Source: a virus
Lineage: Duplodnaviria; Caudoviricetes
Length of the DNA stretch: 64,000 bases
Virus record (IMG/VR): IMGVR_UViG_3300024346_000004
Strand: one strand, 5' to 3'
The notes below the pieces were generated by a model. It saw nothing but the letters and a program-made list of their open reading frames with translations. It was not told the DNA's origin and ran no database searches. Positions 37,784-47,491 of this stretch are shown here, in pieces. Positions within the stretch are counted from its first letter, which is position 1, and every line of letters starts with the position of its first letter. The translations under genes and the position numbers were made by a program.

Positions 37784-38985
37784 AGAATAATCACCTTATC
37801 ATAATAATCAAATTCAACCTTTTCACAAGCAAATAGAATCTTTTTCTGTTTGCTTGTTTTTTTTATTGATCTTGATTTAGCTCCATAAGATTTTAGATAA
37901 TCCATACTCTTACCTAAAATCATATTATTTCCCACCGATGCAAATGTAGAGCCTTTGGTAGACAAATATCTAGCACTTTCATAAATTATCCATTTTGGTA
38001 CTGATTCATGAAAAAACCATACATCATTTATATATGTGTTAAAAATATCTGATAAATGAAATACCATGTGAGATTTCATTATTTTAGTGTAATCGTTTAA
38101 AGTGATATCTGTAAATTTAGCCACGTACTCTGCTGTAGTAAAATTATGTGGATTAAATGTATTGCCACTTAATATATCTTCTAAATAAGATAATGCTTTT
38201 TCTACAGTATCTCCATGCATAACATTATAAGTGTATTTGGAGTGTGACATTCTAAAAAATGGGTTTCTAGAATTAAAAGAGTCATGATTTAAAGATAGTG
38301 TTGGTGCTTTAATAATCTGACAATAATTATATAAATTATTTGGTACTGTAATTAAACATCTGGAATACTTTACTAGTTCAAAAAAGATCTCAGCACTATC
38401 TATCTCTCCCCTTAAATCCATGAAATTACTTGAAATAGGGGTGTTTTTGTTTTCTCCAATGACAACTATATCTTTTCTGTCTGATATAGCGCTAATGAAT
38501 GAATTCCAATGGGGATAATGACCATCTTGTTTATTAGTATGTAAACTTTGAGGTTGTAAAAGAATAAATTCTAAAGGAAGCGATTTTATTATTTGTTCAG
38601 CTTTATCAATTGATTTTTTAGAAATGTTTACTTTGTCTGGTAATTGTGTTTCGTAATGAACACTAGTCCAGTCTATAAGGCAATTTTTAATATCTTCTAC
38701 ATTACAAAAATCCATCTTATGATCTTTATGTAATTGAGATAAGTGATGTTGTTCATAAATTCTATTAGCTAAGTTTGCTAATATTTTCATGTATTCAGCT
38801 TTATTACTATTATCATAATAATAGCACTTCACTTCTTTAATGAATGATTGCGCTTCTAAAAAATCTTTAATTTCTGGATATGGACCAATATGAATAACTT
38901 TATCAATGTTATTTCTTTTCAATACATCCAAGGAAGCAATTGTATCTCCCCATGCAAATCCTATTAATCCCCACATAATAAGCAT
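37780..38985 (-). CDS. GT9-like glycosyltransferase; paralog of 7086..8366
   Basis: WG...AWGD, GPYPEIKDFLEAQSFI, FILLQPQS, IVVIG, LITVPNNL. Confidence 0.65.
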   Translation of the reverse strand: MLIMWGLIGFAWGDTIASLDVLKRNNIDKVIHIGPYPEIKDFLEAQSFIKEVKCYYYDNSNKAEYMKILANLANRIYEQHHLSQLHKDHKMDFCNVEDIKNCLIDWTSVHYETQLPDKVNISKKSIDKAEQIIKSLPLEFILLQPQSLHTNKQDGHYPHWNSFISAISDRKDIVVIGENKNTPISSNFMDLRGEIDSAEIFFELVKYSRCLITVPNNLYNYCQIIKAPTLSLNHDSFNSRNPFFRMSHSKYTYNVMHGDTVEKALSYLEDILSGNTFNPHNFTTAEYVAKFTDITLNDYTKIMKSHMVFHLSDIFNTYINDVWFFHESVPKWIIYESARYLSTKGSTFASVGNNMILGKSMDYLKSYGAKSRSIKKTSKQKKILFACEKVEFDYYDKVIIL

Positions 38986-38995
38986 TGTAAAAGAA

Positions 38996-39019
38996 AACCC
39001 TCCTTTTTAGGGGAGGGTT
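38996..39019. terminator. intrinsic terminator (after nusG)
   Basis: aaccctcct...gggagggtt. Confidence 0.7.
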
Positions 39020-39024
39020 ATTAT

Positions 39025-39558
39025 TTAATTCTCTCTTGTTACTTGATGATACTCTAGTTCAATAGGTGTATCACGTCCAAAGATTTGAATCATAACTTTC
39101 ATCTTTTGCTTATCTTCAAAAATATCTTCCACTGTTCCCACAAGGTCGATAAATGGTCCTTTGGTGACACGGATTTTATCGTTCTTATGCCATTTGAGCT
39201 TAGGCTTATTTTTCTCTGGATTCATAGCTTCTAGAATAACTTTGATATCAGCATCTTTGATAGGAGTAATTTTATTTGAAGCGGATGATACAAAACTTGC
39301 AACACCCGGTGTAGAACGAACAATATTTTGTGTATCTACATCAAGAATCATGTTAACAAATACATAACCAGGGTATATTTTTTTGTTAACTTGTACTTTC
39401 TTGCCGTTTCTGACTACTACATCAATTTCTTCTGGAGCGACAACCACCTTGAATAGACCACTTAGATTAGCGTGAGCCATTCTCTTTGTTAAGGTAGCAC
39501 ACACTGCTTTCTCTTTTTGAGGTAGAACATGAACAGCGTACCACTTAAAATCTGACAT
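39025..39558 (-). CDS. nusG: transcription termination/antitermination factor NusG
   Basis: KWYAVHV...E..V, IYPGYVFV.M, VR.TPGV..FV, KOW motif RVTKGPF...G.V, V.IQIFGRDTPIEL; start ATG 39558. Confidence 0.93.
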   Translation of the reverse strand: MSDFKWYAVHVLPQKEKAVCATLTKRMAHANLSGLFKVVVAPEEIDVVVRNGKKVQVNKKIYPGYVFVNMILDVDTQNIVRSTPGVASFVSSASNKITPIKDADIKVILEAMNPEKNKPKLKWHKNDKIRVTKGPFIDLVGTVEDIFEDKQKMKVMIQIFGRDTPIELEYHQVTREN

Positions 39559-39559
39559 A

Positions 39560-39868
39560 TTACTTCTTTCTCTTAGGCAACTTATCGGAACTAATCCAGA
39601 CCCAAGCGTGAACATAAGCTCCGTCCTTCATGATGGATACATTAGCATCATCATCAATTAGAACATTTTCTTCAGCGTTGGTGTACTTCTTACGAGCAAC
39701 GGTGATATACTTTTCATTCAATTCATTAGTTTGGTAATTCTTCCAAACAGCAATTGAATCAGCAATGTCCCGCAACGAAGATTTGGATGTGTAGGTAAAT
39801 TCCTTCAAAATAGTGTTAACCTGATTTACCGTAAGGCTAACATAACCACTAACAACATTATTGAGCAT
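39560..39868 (-). CDS. hypothetical protein
   Basis: SD GGAGG; IDDDA.VS...GAYV.AWVW motif. Confidence 0.7.
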   Translation of the reverse strand: MLNNVVSGYVSLTVNQVNTILKEFTYTSKSSLRDIADSIAVWKNYQTNELNEKYITVARKKYTNAEENVLIDDDANVSIMKDGAYVHAWVWISSDKLPKRKK

Positions 39869-39929
39869 TTTGCTCCTCCATGCTATTAATGTACCATGAT
39901 TTCAGGCAATCACAAATTTATTTTTAGAA

Positions 39930-41423
39930 CTATTTTGCGCCTGGGAATTCTGGAGTTGGTCTGTGTAAACCATAGTCTTTGATGAACTTAAATCTCTTGC
40001 CTCTACTCTTAGGCATTCCTCTATAAACTTCATCCCAGTCACTATCATTACCAGTAAGCTTAGATATCTGGTGTAATCGGTCAATAAGTCCACGGTGAGC
40101 GACCATAGTAGGCATAGGTGTTTTCCCTACCTTACCTTTAGCTCTAGCTCCTGCCAAGAATTTAGCTCTAGATCTAATAATTTTAGCAGCAAAATATTCG
40201 TCTAATTCTTGACTTGTAATTTTTTTGGACAACATTGCAATCATGTTGTCTATTTCAATTTTTTCTTGAGGAGTAGAAGTTAGGTTGAGAGGCTTTTGTT
40301 GTATACCTAAAGCGTCTCTGAGAATCATAGTAACCCAGCCTAAACCTGAATTAAACTTAATGTCTGCTAAAGCAATCGCTGTATTAGCTGGAAGTTTAGA
40401 AACACCTAATTCTTGCCAATCAACAAATGCTGCTTTTTCAGCTTCTTCTTTTGTTAATTTAAAGACTGATTTAGGTGGAAAGCCATAAGCTCTGACTAAT
40501 CCATTATAATGTTTTTGTGTAATTCCAAAGTTTGTTTCCCCGCCTGGATCTGTTTTCATGTTAACAGCTCCACCTTCTTGCTTGTTTCTGAAATCTTTGT
40601 AAATTTCATATACTTCTGCGGGATCAGTTTTAAATGGAAGACCTTTATTTTTCTTACTGTCAAATACTAACCAGTGTTTTTTGACTGATTTTCTTTCTCT
40701 GCCTGTTATTTTCCCAGAATCCAAATCTTCCATCATTTTGAGTTTGATTTTTCTTCTAGCTGGCATTTTAGCTTTAGGTCTAGCTATTTCTTTTTTGACA
40801 GGCTGCTTTATTTCTGGTTGTTCGATAATAGGTTGCGGAGCTGCTTGCTCTACTATAGGCTTATCGTACAAAGGATCCTGAACCATTTGCTCAGGTGTAG
40901 TTTCTTTTGGAGTTATTAGTTGTTCTATTTTAATTAAGTTTGAAAGATTTGGATCTTTAGGGTTATTTAGAATAGCAGCTTTAAATGTTTGGCTATCTAA
41001 AACTCCAGTTGCAGATATGCTTTGAGCTCTTTGGAAAACTACAGTAGCATCCACGGTAGCTTGTCCGAAATCATTATCTACATCAAGCCCGGCATTACTA
41101 TTCGCATTTAGATAACTTTGCCACGCTCCAACAGCTGTATGTTTTGCGCCTTTACCAAAAGGTTTGAATTCTGTAATATTATAGTTTTGTAATATTTTTG
41201 CTGGATTTTCTAAATATGTTTGGATTAATTTAGTAGTTGTCCCAGCTACAACACCTGCTAATGTTAGAACTGCAAATAAAGTATTTTTATTATAGTACCA
41301 AGGCTCATTACCAGCTACTTTTGTAAATACATCATGTATTTTTGCAGCTTCTATGAGTTTACCTTGAGATTCTAAATCGCAGCAGATATTATTTAATTCA
41401 AGTAAAAGGGCATACCTATTCAT
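39930..41423 (-). CDS. long-leader lysin: TM segment, PG-binding domain, GH108-type lysozyme
   Basis: Leader ending FTKVAG; TLFAVLTLAGVVAG; VGAWQSYLN...D.DFG..T..A...FQ; EGG.VN...DPGGETNFGIT...D..FNSG. Confidence 0.8.
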   Translation of the reverse strand: MNRYALLLELNNICCDLESQGKLIEAAKIHDVFTKVAGNEPWYYNKNTLFAVLTLAGVVAGTTTKLIQTYLENPAKILQNYNITEFKPFGKGAKHTAVGAWQSYLNANSNAGLDVDNDFGQATVDATVVFQRAQSISATGVLDSQTFKAAILNNPKDPNLSNLIKIEQLITPKETTPEQMVQDPLYDKPIVEQAAPQPIIEQPEIKQPVKKEIARPKAKMPARRKIKLKMMEDLDSGKITGRERKSVKKHWLVFDSKKNKGLPFKTDPAEVYEIYKDFRNKQEGGAVNMKTDPGGETNFGITQKHYNGLVRAYGFPPKSVFKLTKEEAEKAAFVDWQELGVSKLPANTAIALADIKFNSGLGWVTMILRDALGIQQKPLNLTSTPQEKIEIDNMIAMLSKKITSQELDEYFAAKIIRSRAKFLAGARAKGKVGKTPMPTMVAHRGLIDRLHQISKLTGNDSDWDEVYRGMPKSRGKRFKFIKDYGLHRPTPEFPGAK

Positions 41424-41433
41424 GGATATATTT

Positions 41434-41459
41434 TTCTATCTAACAAGGAGGTTTACCCT
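41434..41459 (-). promoter_or_regulatory. putative phage late promoter AGGG-N18-AGAA
   Basis: Begins 35-36 nt before ATG 41423. Confidence 0.6.
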
Positions 41460-41699
41460 TTAGATTTTACGTATTTCATCTAACAAAACATATGCCCCAA
41501 TTAGATTAGAAGCAGAATCATTAATTTGTTGTACTAAACATTTTACTAAAATATATCTTTTTTGTGTATCTTCTTCAGACATAATAAGATTTTCAGCTTT
41601 TAAATCGCTGGCATATTTTTCCATAGCGTACATTGTTACTTTGAATTGTTTCGTAAGTAAATGTAAACTGTCGGTAAATTCTTTTTCTTTATCTTTCAT
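41460..41699 (-). CDS. hypothetical protein
   Basis: ATGA overlap with the upstream GT2 gene. Confidence 0.55.
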   Translation of the reverse strand: MKDKEKEFTDSLHLLTKQFKVTMYAMEKYASDLKAENLIMSEEDTQKRYILVKCLVQQINDSASNLIGAYVLLDEIRKI

Positions 41700-42454
41700 T
41701 CTCTAATATTATGTCCAGGGTATGGATATTTTCTGTCCTTGTATGAAATAAAATATCCTATCTTTTCGTCATTGAAAGGATAATTATATTTTACTGGTCT
41801 GCCATCACTATCCTTGGTAAATCCCCACTTATTATTGTAATATTCTCTTAATTTGGGGAAATATTTTTCTTCGTATGTATCTAATAGTCCATCAATAGAG
41901 TTCATACTAAAACTTCCAATATGTTTATGCTTGAATACAGTCTTAGATGGAACAAGATTTAATTTTTCTAATCTAATCTCAAAATCAGTGTCTTCGTAAT
42001 ATGCTGGATATATATTTTCATCAAACATTCCAACAGTATCTAAGGCATATTGATTATAAATAAAACAAGCAAAATCCCATTCGCTTAATATAATAGGACA
42101 AGTATAATTCCTATGAGCGAATTTTATATAATCATTAAATCCAGTATCTACAAATGCAAAATCATCATTCATAATAATGCAATGATCATATTTGTTCTCA
42201 ATATAAGCAAATGAGATAGTGTCATTCCATGTTCTTGCTAATCCTCTATTTTGTCTATAATCAAAGCATCTAATGTGTTTATATTTACTGGCTAAGGAAT
42301 ATATTTTTTTAGCTATTTCTCGATCTTCTGAATGATTAAATAACAATATTACTACTTCATGAGCTGCATTGTTAGAATTAATAATAGAAGTTACACATGT
42401 TTCTATTACTTCTGGATTACTAAAACAAGGTATACCTACAACAACATTTGCCAT
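41696..42454 (-). CDS. family 2 glycosyltransferase
   Basis: VVVGIP, NRGLARTWN, IIMNDD, VGMFDENIYPAYYEDTDF..R. Confidence 0.85.
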   Translation of the reverse strand: MANVVVGIPCFSNPEVIETCVTSIINSNNAAHEVVILLFNHSEDREIAKKIYSLASKYKHIRCFDYRQNRGLARTWNDTISFAYIENKYDHCIIMNDDFAFVDTGFNDYIKFAHRNYTCPIILSEWDFACFIYNQYALDTVGMFDENIYPAYYEDTDFEIRLEKLNLVPSKTVFKHKHIGSFSMNSIDGLLDTYEEKYFPKLREYYNNKWGFTKDSDGRPVKYNYPFNDEKIGYFISYKDRKYPYPGHNIRE

Positions 42455-42489
42455 AATAAAAATATACAGATTTCTTTTATAATAGGTCT

Positions 42490-43020
42490 ATGGATACTTT
42501 AAAATCATTGTGCGCTGATTTGAATTCTTTTACTGATAAAGATACTGTTCATTGTTATCTAGATGTTTATGATCATCTTTTCTTACCATATAAAGATAAA
42601 GAAATTAATTTCTTGGAGATTGGGACAGATCGTGGTGGAAGTTTGATGTTGTGGGATAAATATTTCCCCAATGCTAATATTTATGGATTAGATATTAAAC
42701 ATCCAGATCTTGAAATTCCATCCAGAGTAAACTTCTATCAATCAGACGCAACGGATTCTAATTGCTTAAATTTATTCCCAGAAAATATTAAATTTGATAT
42801 TGTAATTGAAGATGCATCTCACTTATTAGAACATCAAATCCTTACATATTCGTTCATGAAAAATAGAATGAACAATGGTGGATTATTTATTATTGAAGAT
42901 ATTCAGGAATATGGTATTGCTAAAATGAGAATGCAGCAATATTTTGGTGATTTTGATGTTTATGATCTAAGATATATCAAAAATAGATATGATGATATCT
43001 TATTTGTTTTTAAACATTAA
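42490..43020 (+). CDS. class I SAM-dependent methyltransferase
   Basis: TDK...H.Y...Y, FLEIGT..GGSL..W..YFP...IYGLDI, FDIVIEDASH, GGLFIIEDI. Confidence 0.85.
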   Translation: MDTLKSLCADLNSFTDKDTVHCYLDVYDHLFLPYKDKEINFLEIGTDRGGSLMLWDKYFPNANIYGLDIKHPDLEIPSRVNFYQSDATDSNCLNLFPENIKFDIVIEDASHLLEHQILTYSFMKNRMNNGGLFIIEDIQEYGIAKMRMQQYFGDFDVYDLRYIKNRYDDILFVFKH

Positions 43021-43568
43021 CCTCTTTGCACCATTTCGCACATAACATCAACTTCGTAGTCAGTGCAAATATTACATAGTCTGTCTAGCTGATTTAAAAT
43101 ATTGATAGTAGATTTATTAACCTGCATCTGTTGATCTATTTTTTCTTCGGCTAGCATGATTTTAGATTTTAAGTATTTAGGGTGATAGTTTTTATTCTTG
43201 CTGATTTCCAGTATCCATAATAAAGCTAATATAAGTTCATTTTGCACTTCTACACAAAAATATTGCGATCTAATATCTACTGCATGTAAATCTAATGTGT
43301 AACCAATTAAGTCTGATTCAACAATGATTATTTTCTTAAACAATACATCATCATATTCGTATTCATATTTGATTGGAATGTTGTCAATTATGTCTACCCA
43401 TTGTTTTAGTAGCATTCTATTATCATAGTTCAAGATTGCGTATGACAGACATTCCGATGCATCACTGCTATAATTTGATGGTAAATGTAATGAAGATTTC
43501 CATAACACATTATCAATATTGTATTCATCGGATATTTTAGGTTCAAATTTTAAAATATTGTATGCCAT
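43017..43568 (-). CDS. hypothetical protein, paralog of 3174..3713
   Basis: See paralog; TATAAT 6 nt before ATG. Confidence 0.65.
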   Translation of the reverse strand: MAYNILKFEPKISDEYNIDNVLWKSSLHLPSNYSSDASECLSYAILNYDNRMLLKQWVDIIDNIPIKYEYEYDDVLFKKIIIVESDLIGYTLDLHAVDIRSQYFCVEVQNELILALLWILEISKNKNYHPKYLKSKIMLAEEKIDQQMQVNKSTINILNQLDRLCNICTDYEVDVMCEMVQRG

Positions 43569-43581
43569 AAAACAATTATAA

Positions 43582-43606
43582 AGGTTTCTTAAAATTTTTT
43601 ATAAAA
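43582..43606 (+). promoter_or_regulatory. putative phage late promoter variant AGG-N18-AAAA
   Basis: AGG 34 nt before ATG 43616. Confidence 0.55.
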
Positions 43607-43615
43607 TATATAAAT

Positions 43616-44458
43616 ATGAAAATAATTATTTCTAGTTGCAAATATCATGAATCTGTTGGAAATTTTCACCAAGCAGATATAAATGATAGGGTGTTACAAA
43701 AGATTGCTAAGACCCCTGAAGGCGAACCAATTATTGAAAAGTTAGATTGGGTCAATACTTCGCTCAAACCCAAGGACGTGATAAAAATGGAGTCAGATGT
43801 ATATCCTCCTGATTTCCATGTATTTTCAGATCTGGAAGTACCATCTTATGTATATATGACTCCAGAACAACAAAAATTAATACCTAAACCTGCAAGAGAC
43901 AAAATTTATAAAGAAATAAGAGAAAAAGCTGATGAATATCTTATAGAAGATGATAATGATAAATATATTGTAGATGGTATGAATGGGATATTCTATTTTA
44001 TTTTATCTGTAAATAATAGAAAGAAAAAAATAGAAGTAGAAGATCTTACAGTTATTCCAGGTAACAGAAGAACAAATTTGATGATAGCTTTAGACAGATT
44101 ATATAAGCTTCTAATGCCTTATCAATCTCAAGGATTTTCAATTATAGGATCAGCTAGAAAAACAACATCTTGGCCTATGATTAAAAACATGGTCAAACAA
44201 GGATGGCTTATACCTGTTAGAGGCAAAAGAATAAAAAAAGTTGTCAAAGATGATCAAGGAAGAGTTGTTGATATGAAAACTAGCATGGATGATATTGGGG
44301 ATGAAGAATTACATGAATTTGAATTCCAATTAAATCTTCCATCTGCTCTTCCAGATTATATTCAAAAAGCTGCTGCCGAGGCTTATGAAAAACTTAGTCC
44401 TAAAAAAACTTTTGTTAATAAAGGCATAGATAAGTTGAAAAGTTTTTTTGCAAGATAG
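43616..44458 (+). CDS. long-leader protein, possible GNAT-fold domain
   Basis: Leader ESVGNFHQADINDRVLQKIAK; I.ME..VYP...IEVEDLTV.P..R...AR.TTSWP.I pattern. Confidence 0.5.
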   Translation: MKIIISSCKYHESVGNFHQADINDRVLQKIAKTPEGEPIIEKLDWVNTSLKPKDVIKMESDVYPPDFHVFSDLEVPSYVYMTPEQQKLIPKPARDKIYKEIREKADEYLIEDDNDKYIVDGMNGIFYFILSVNNRKKKIEVEDLTVIPGNRRTNLMIALDRLYKLLMPYQSQGFSIIGSARKTTSWPMIKNMVKQGWLIPVRGKRIKKVVKDDQGRVVDMKTSMDDIGDEELHEFEFQLNLPSALPDYIQKAAAEAYEKLSPKKTFVNKGIDKLKSFFAR

Positions 44459-44494
44459 TAAACTAGTATAAAATAAAATAGTTTAGGAGATATT

Positions 44495-44992
44495 ATGAAT
44501 AGATCATTAGTAAAATTAGTAAAAATAGCTAATTTATTGGATTATAGAGGAATGCACGACGAAGCAGATAAATTGACTCGTGTTGCTGTTAAAATGGCTC
44601 AAAATTTCGATAGTGAATACAGCAAGTATGAAATGCGTACTCAACGAGATCTTGATAAAAGTTTAGAAGATGGATTTGCTGGTGGAAACTATTCAAATGT
44701 ATCATCTTTAGAAAATGACCCGATGTTGAAAAGATATAAAATGGAATATCAACAAGATCCAATGTCAGAGGGCGATCAAGAATTGGAAAATTCAGTTCAA
44801 GATAAACTAACGGTTGCATTATCAGGAACATATTTGGAAGACAGTGTTAAGAGTGGCGATACTTTATATATTTTAGAACCATGGCTTAATGATGAGATGT
44901 CTATTTCTGAAGCTTGTGAAAAATATGAATCTGATTTGAAAGAACAGAGAAATGATTTTGGAGATGATGGTTACGATCCATTAGATGACTAA
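44495..44992 (+). CDS. long-leader acidic hypothetical protein
   Basis: LVKIANLLDYRGMHDEADKLTRVAVKMAQ; SD GGAGA. Confidence 0.75.
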   Translation: MNRSLVKLVKIANLLDYRGMHDEADKLTRVAVKMAQNFDSEYSKYEMRTQRDLDKSLEDGFAGGNYSNVSSLENDPMLKRYKMEYQQDPMSEGDQELENSVQDKLTVALSGTYLEDSVKSGDTLYILEPWLNDEMSISEACEKYESDLKEQRNDFGDDGYDPLDD

Positions 44993-44998
44993 AATAAG

Positions 44999-45024
44999 AA
45001 AACCCCTCTGGAAAGAGGGGTTTT
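44999..45024. terminator. bidirectional intrinsic terminator
   Basis: aaaacccctct-ggaa-agaggggtttt. Confidence 0.85.
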
Positions 45025-45031
45025 TTAGTTA

Positions 45032-45595
45032 TTATTTATCAAAAATAAATTTCTGTTGTCCAGTATTTATGTTATCTAAAGCTTTACTATTATCAAATCC
45101 ATAAAGAAAAATATTTCTCAAAGATCCCAAATCTTTTTTAGATAGTTCAAGCTTTAAAAATTTCACTAAAGCATCAAATCTTTCTTCTAATTCATCTGGT
45201 GTAGAGATTGCGTTATGAAGAGCAAACATACCACTATCCATGCCTAAACTGTAAGCTTCAGGACTAAAACCAAACTTATCATAAAGCAAACCTCTATATG
45301 AGCTATTGTCTACAAAATAGTTTTTAAAGATAACATTTGTGATATAGAAGAATAACAATAATTGATTGTCCATTTCTAAGGATTCAAAATATTCCTTAGC
45401 TTTTTGCTTATATTGCTCTAAAGCTTCTTCTTGACTTTTCAATATTTCTTTATGTTCATCTGAATTTGAATATTCAGTGTAAGAATTATAAGTTTTGCCA
45501 TTAAGCTCAAATGGATTAGAATTATTTGTCACTGGATTATTTGTACTTTCTCGAATTGATTCTTCTTTTCTTAGCTTTATATCATCCCAGTTCAT
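45032..45595 (-). CDS. hypothetical protein
   Basis: ORF track; SYRGLLYDKFGF..EAY..GMDSG motif. Confidence 0.65.
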   Translation of the reverse strand: MNWDDIKLRKEESIRESTNNPVTNNSNPFELNGKTYNSYTEYSNSDEHKEILKSQEEALEQYKQKAKEYFESLEMDNQLLLFFYITNVIFKNYFVDNSSYRGLLYDKFGFSPEAYSLGMDSGMFALHNAISTPDELEERFDALVKFLKLELSKKDLGSLRNIFLYGFDNSKALDNINTGQQKFIFDK

Positions 45596-46352
45596 TATTG
45601 TAAACCTTGCCTGTGAGAGTAGCGTATCTGCCTATTGATAACTGGTAATATTCTGAATCTAACTCACATCCAGCAAATTTTCTATTAAGATTATCACAGG
45701 CTATTAAAGTAGATGCAGTACCAGCGAAAATATCTAATACAACATCACCAGTATTAGTGTATGCGTTAATAAATCTTTCCAGAATCATCACCGGCTTTTG
45801 AGTAGGATGCCAATTACAGTATTCTTTACTTGTAGTATGATTATTCTTTTCCCAAATACATGTAGGAATAGTGCCTTGAGCGTATTCATCACCAGTGCGA
45901 ATATTTATCTTTTGCTTACGTTCTATCCTAATGCTGTCAGAATTAAATAAGAATGTTTTGCCTTTAGAATAACACCAAATATATTCATGCTTTCTTGCAA
46001 AATTAGTCTTAGAACGCCCACCCCAATTATAATGCCAGACAATTTCATTCTGAGGAAGCATGTTAGGCATTTTATTCAAAATATCTAACTTATATTTTAA
46101 AAACGTATCATATTTTAGAGTACCAAAAACGCACATCATTCGGTCAGACTTTAATACTCTTACACATTCCTTAGTCCATTCTTCGCACCAATCTAAATAA
46201 TCTTTTTCTGAAGACCATTGACTATCCCATCCTTTACCACCATCATAACCAATATAATATGGTGGGTCAGTGAGAATAAGGTCAACACTAGAATCAGGAA
46301 GAGATTTTAGGAAAGACATACAATCTTCATTTTTATAATTATGTTGCATCAA
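45582..46352 (-). CDS. beta-class N6-adenine/N4-cytosine DNA methyltransferase
   Basis: DLILTDPPY (motif IV) near N-terminus, HPTQKP, VLDIFAGTAST (motif I) near C-terminus. Confidence 0.92.
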   Translation of the reverse strand: MMQHNYKNEDCMSFLKSLPDSSVDLILTDPPYYIGYDGGKGWDSQWSSEKDYLDWCEEWTKECVRVLKSDRMMCVFGTLKYDTFLKYKLDILNKMPNMLPQNEIVWHYNWGGRSKTNFARKHEYIWCYSKGKTFLFNSDSIRIERKQKINIRTGDEYAQGTIPTCIWEKNNHTTSKEYCNWHPTQKPVMILERFINAYTNTGDVVLDIFAGTASTLIACDNLNRKFAGCELDSEYYQLSIGRYATLTGKVYNNELG

Positions 46353-46357
46353 AATAC

Positions 46358-46894
46358 CTATTTACATTTTACCATAGCTTGAATTGTTTTCTTACTAGTT
46401 TCATTCAATGCTTTTAACTGATTTAAAATATTATTACATTCGTTTTTTACATCAGAATATTCTTGAGTTTCAAACAATGTACACATGCTTTCCAATTTCT
46501 TGATAATAGTATCACGAGAGCAAATACATGTTTTAGGTATTGAATTTATTGATATTTGAGAACATTCAATAACAACTTCATTATGTTGTCCTCTATTTTT
46601 AGATGCAGTGAGATTAAACACATCAAAAGGAGACAATACAGCCCATAATCCGCTTTTTCTAAAATAAACGATTACTACTATACATTTAATCGCTCTAACT
46701 TGATTTATTCCACCTCTACTGTCAAGCTCTAAGTCTGTAGTTTTAACTTCATAAGTATAAGAAGAATTTTTACCCTTATAAATACCATCGCCGTCTTTAG
46801 GGTGACACTTTTCATATTTAGGACCAAGTAATTTAAATAAAACTTCTTGACCTTTTGTACCAGTGGAATTTTGATCGTGCAGTCCGGTTAGCAT
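46358..46894 (-). CDS. PD-(D/E)xK nuclease, possible restriction endonuclease
   Basis: G..GQE...PKDGD...YEVKT; immediately upstream of the MTase. Confidence 0.55.
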   Translation of the reverse strand: MLTGLHDQNSTGTKGQEVLFKLLGPKYEKCHPKDGDGIYKGKNSSYTYEVKTTDLELDSRGGINQVRAIKCIVVIVYFRKSGLWAVLSPFDVFNLTASKNRGQHNEVVIECSQISINSIPKTCICSRDTIIKKLESMCTLFETQEYSDVKNECNNILNQLKALNETSKKTIQAMVKCK

Positions 46895-46904
46895 AATGAA
46901 GCCT

Positions 46905-47489
46905 CTATAGTAAATCTAGATTACAAAAAGATTGACCAGTCCAATAATATTTTCTAAACTCATCAATCTCATCATAATATTTGTGTCTATCAATGTAATA
47001 AATGATTCTAGCATCTTCGCCTAAATCATGCAATACTTTGTTGAAAATTAGTCTACCAGTGCGTCCATTACCATCTATGAAAGGATGAATAATCTCAAAC
47101 ATATGATGTGAAATCCAAGCTGTATCAATTGGGTTTCTAGATTCATCATTCATTAGATTTTTAGTAGTTTTAAACCATGTATCAATCAATCCTGGAAACA
47201 AATATGGTTTTGGACATTCTTCATTGCCTATCCAAACATCTACTGTTCTATATTGACCTGAAGAATTATGATTTTCAAAATAATCTATTCCTTTGGTCAA
47301 GAATCTATGAATATCTAATGGGGTCGATGAATTAATCTCCCATCCATCAGATAATACAAAATTCAAAGCATTCAAATGGTTATCATACATTTGACAACCT
47401 GGTTTAGCTCCATCATAACCTGGCTGCGGATCGATAGCATTTGATTGGACAATAAAAGCGTCTTTCCAACTCTTTGATAAATCTAACAT
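46905..47489 (-). CDS. Fic-domain protein (AMPylase)
   Basis: HPFIDGNGRTGR canonical motif; GQYRT..V.IG. Confidence 0.92.
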   Translation of the reverse strand: MLDLSKSWKDAFIVQSNAIDPQPGYDGAKPGCQMYDNHLNALNFVLSDGWEINSSTPLDIHRFLTKGIDYFENHNSSGQYRTVDVWIGNEECPKPYLFPGLIDTWFKTTKNLMNDESRNPIDTAWISHHMFEIIHPFIDGNGRTGRLIFNKVLHDLGEDARIIYYIDRHKYYDEIDEFRKYYWTGQSFCNLDLL

Positions 47490-47491
47490 AA

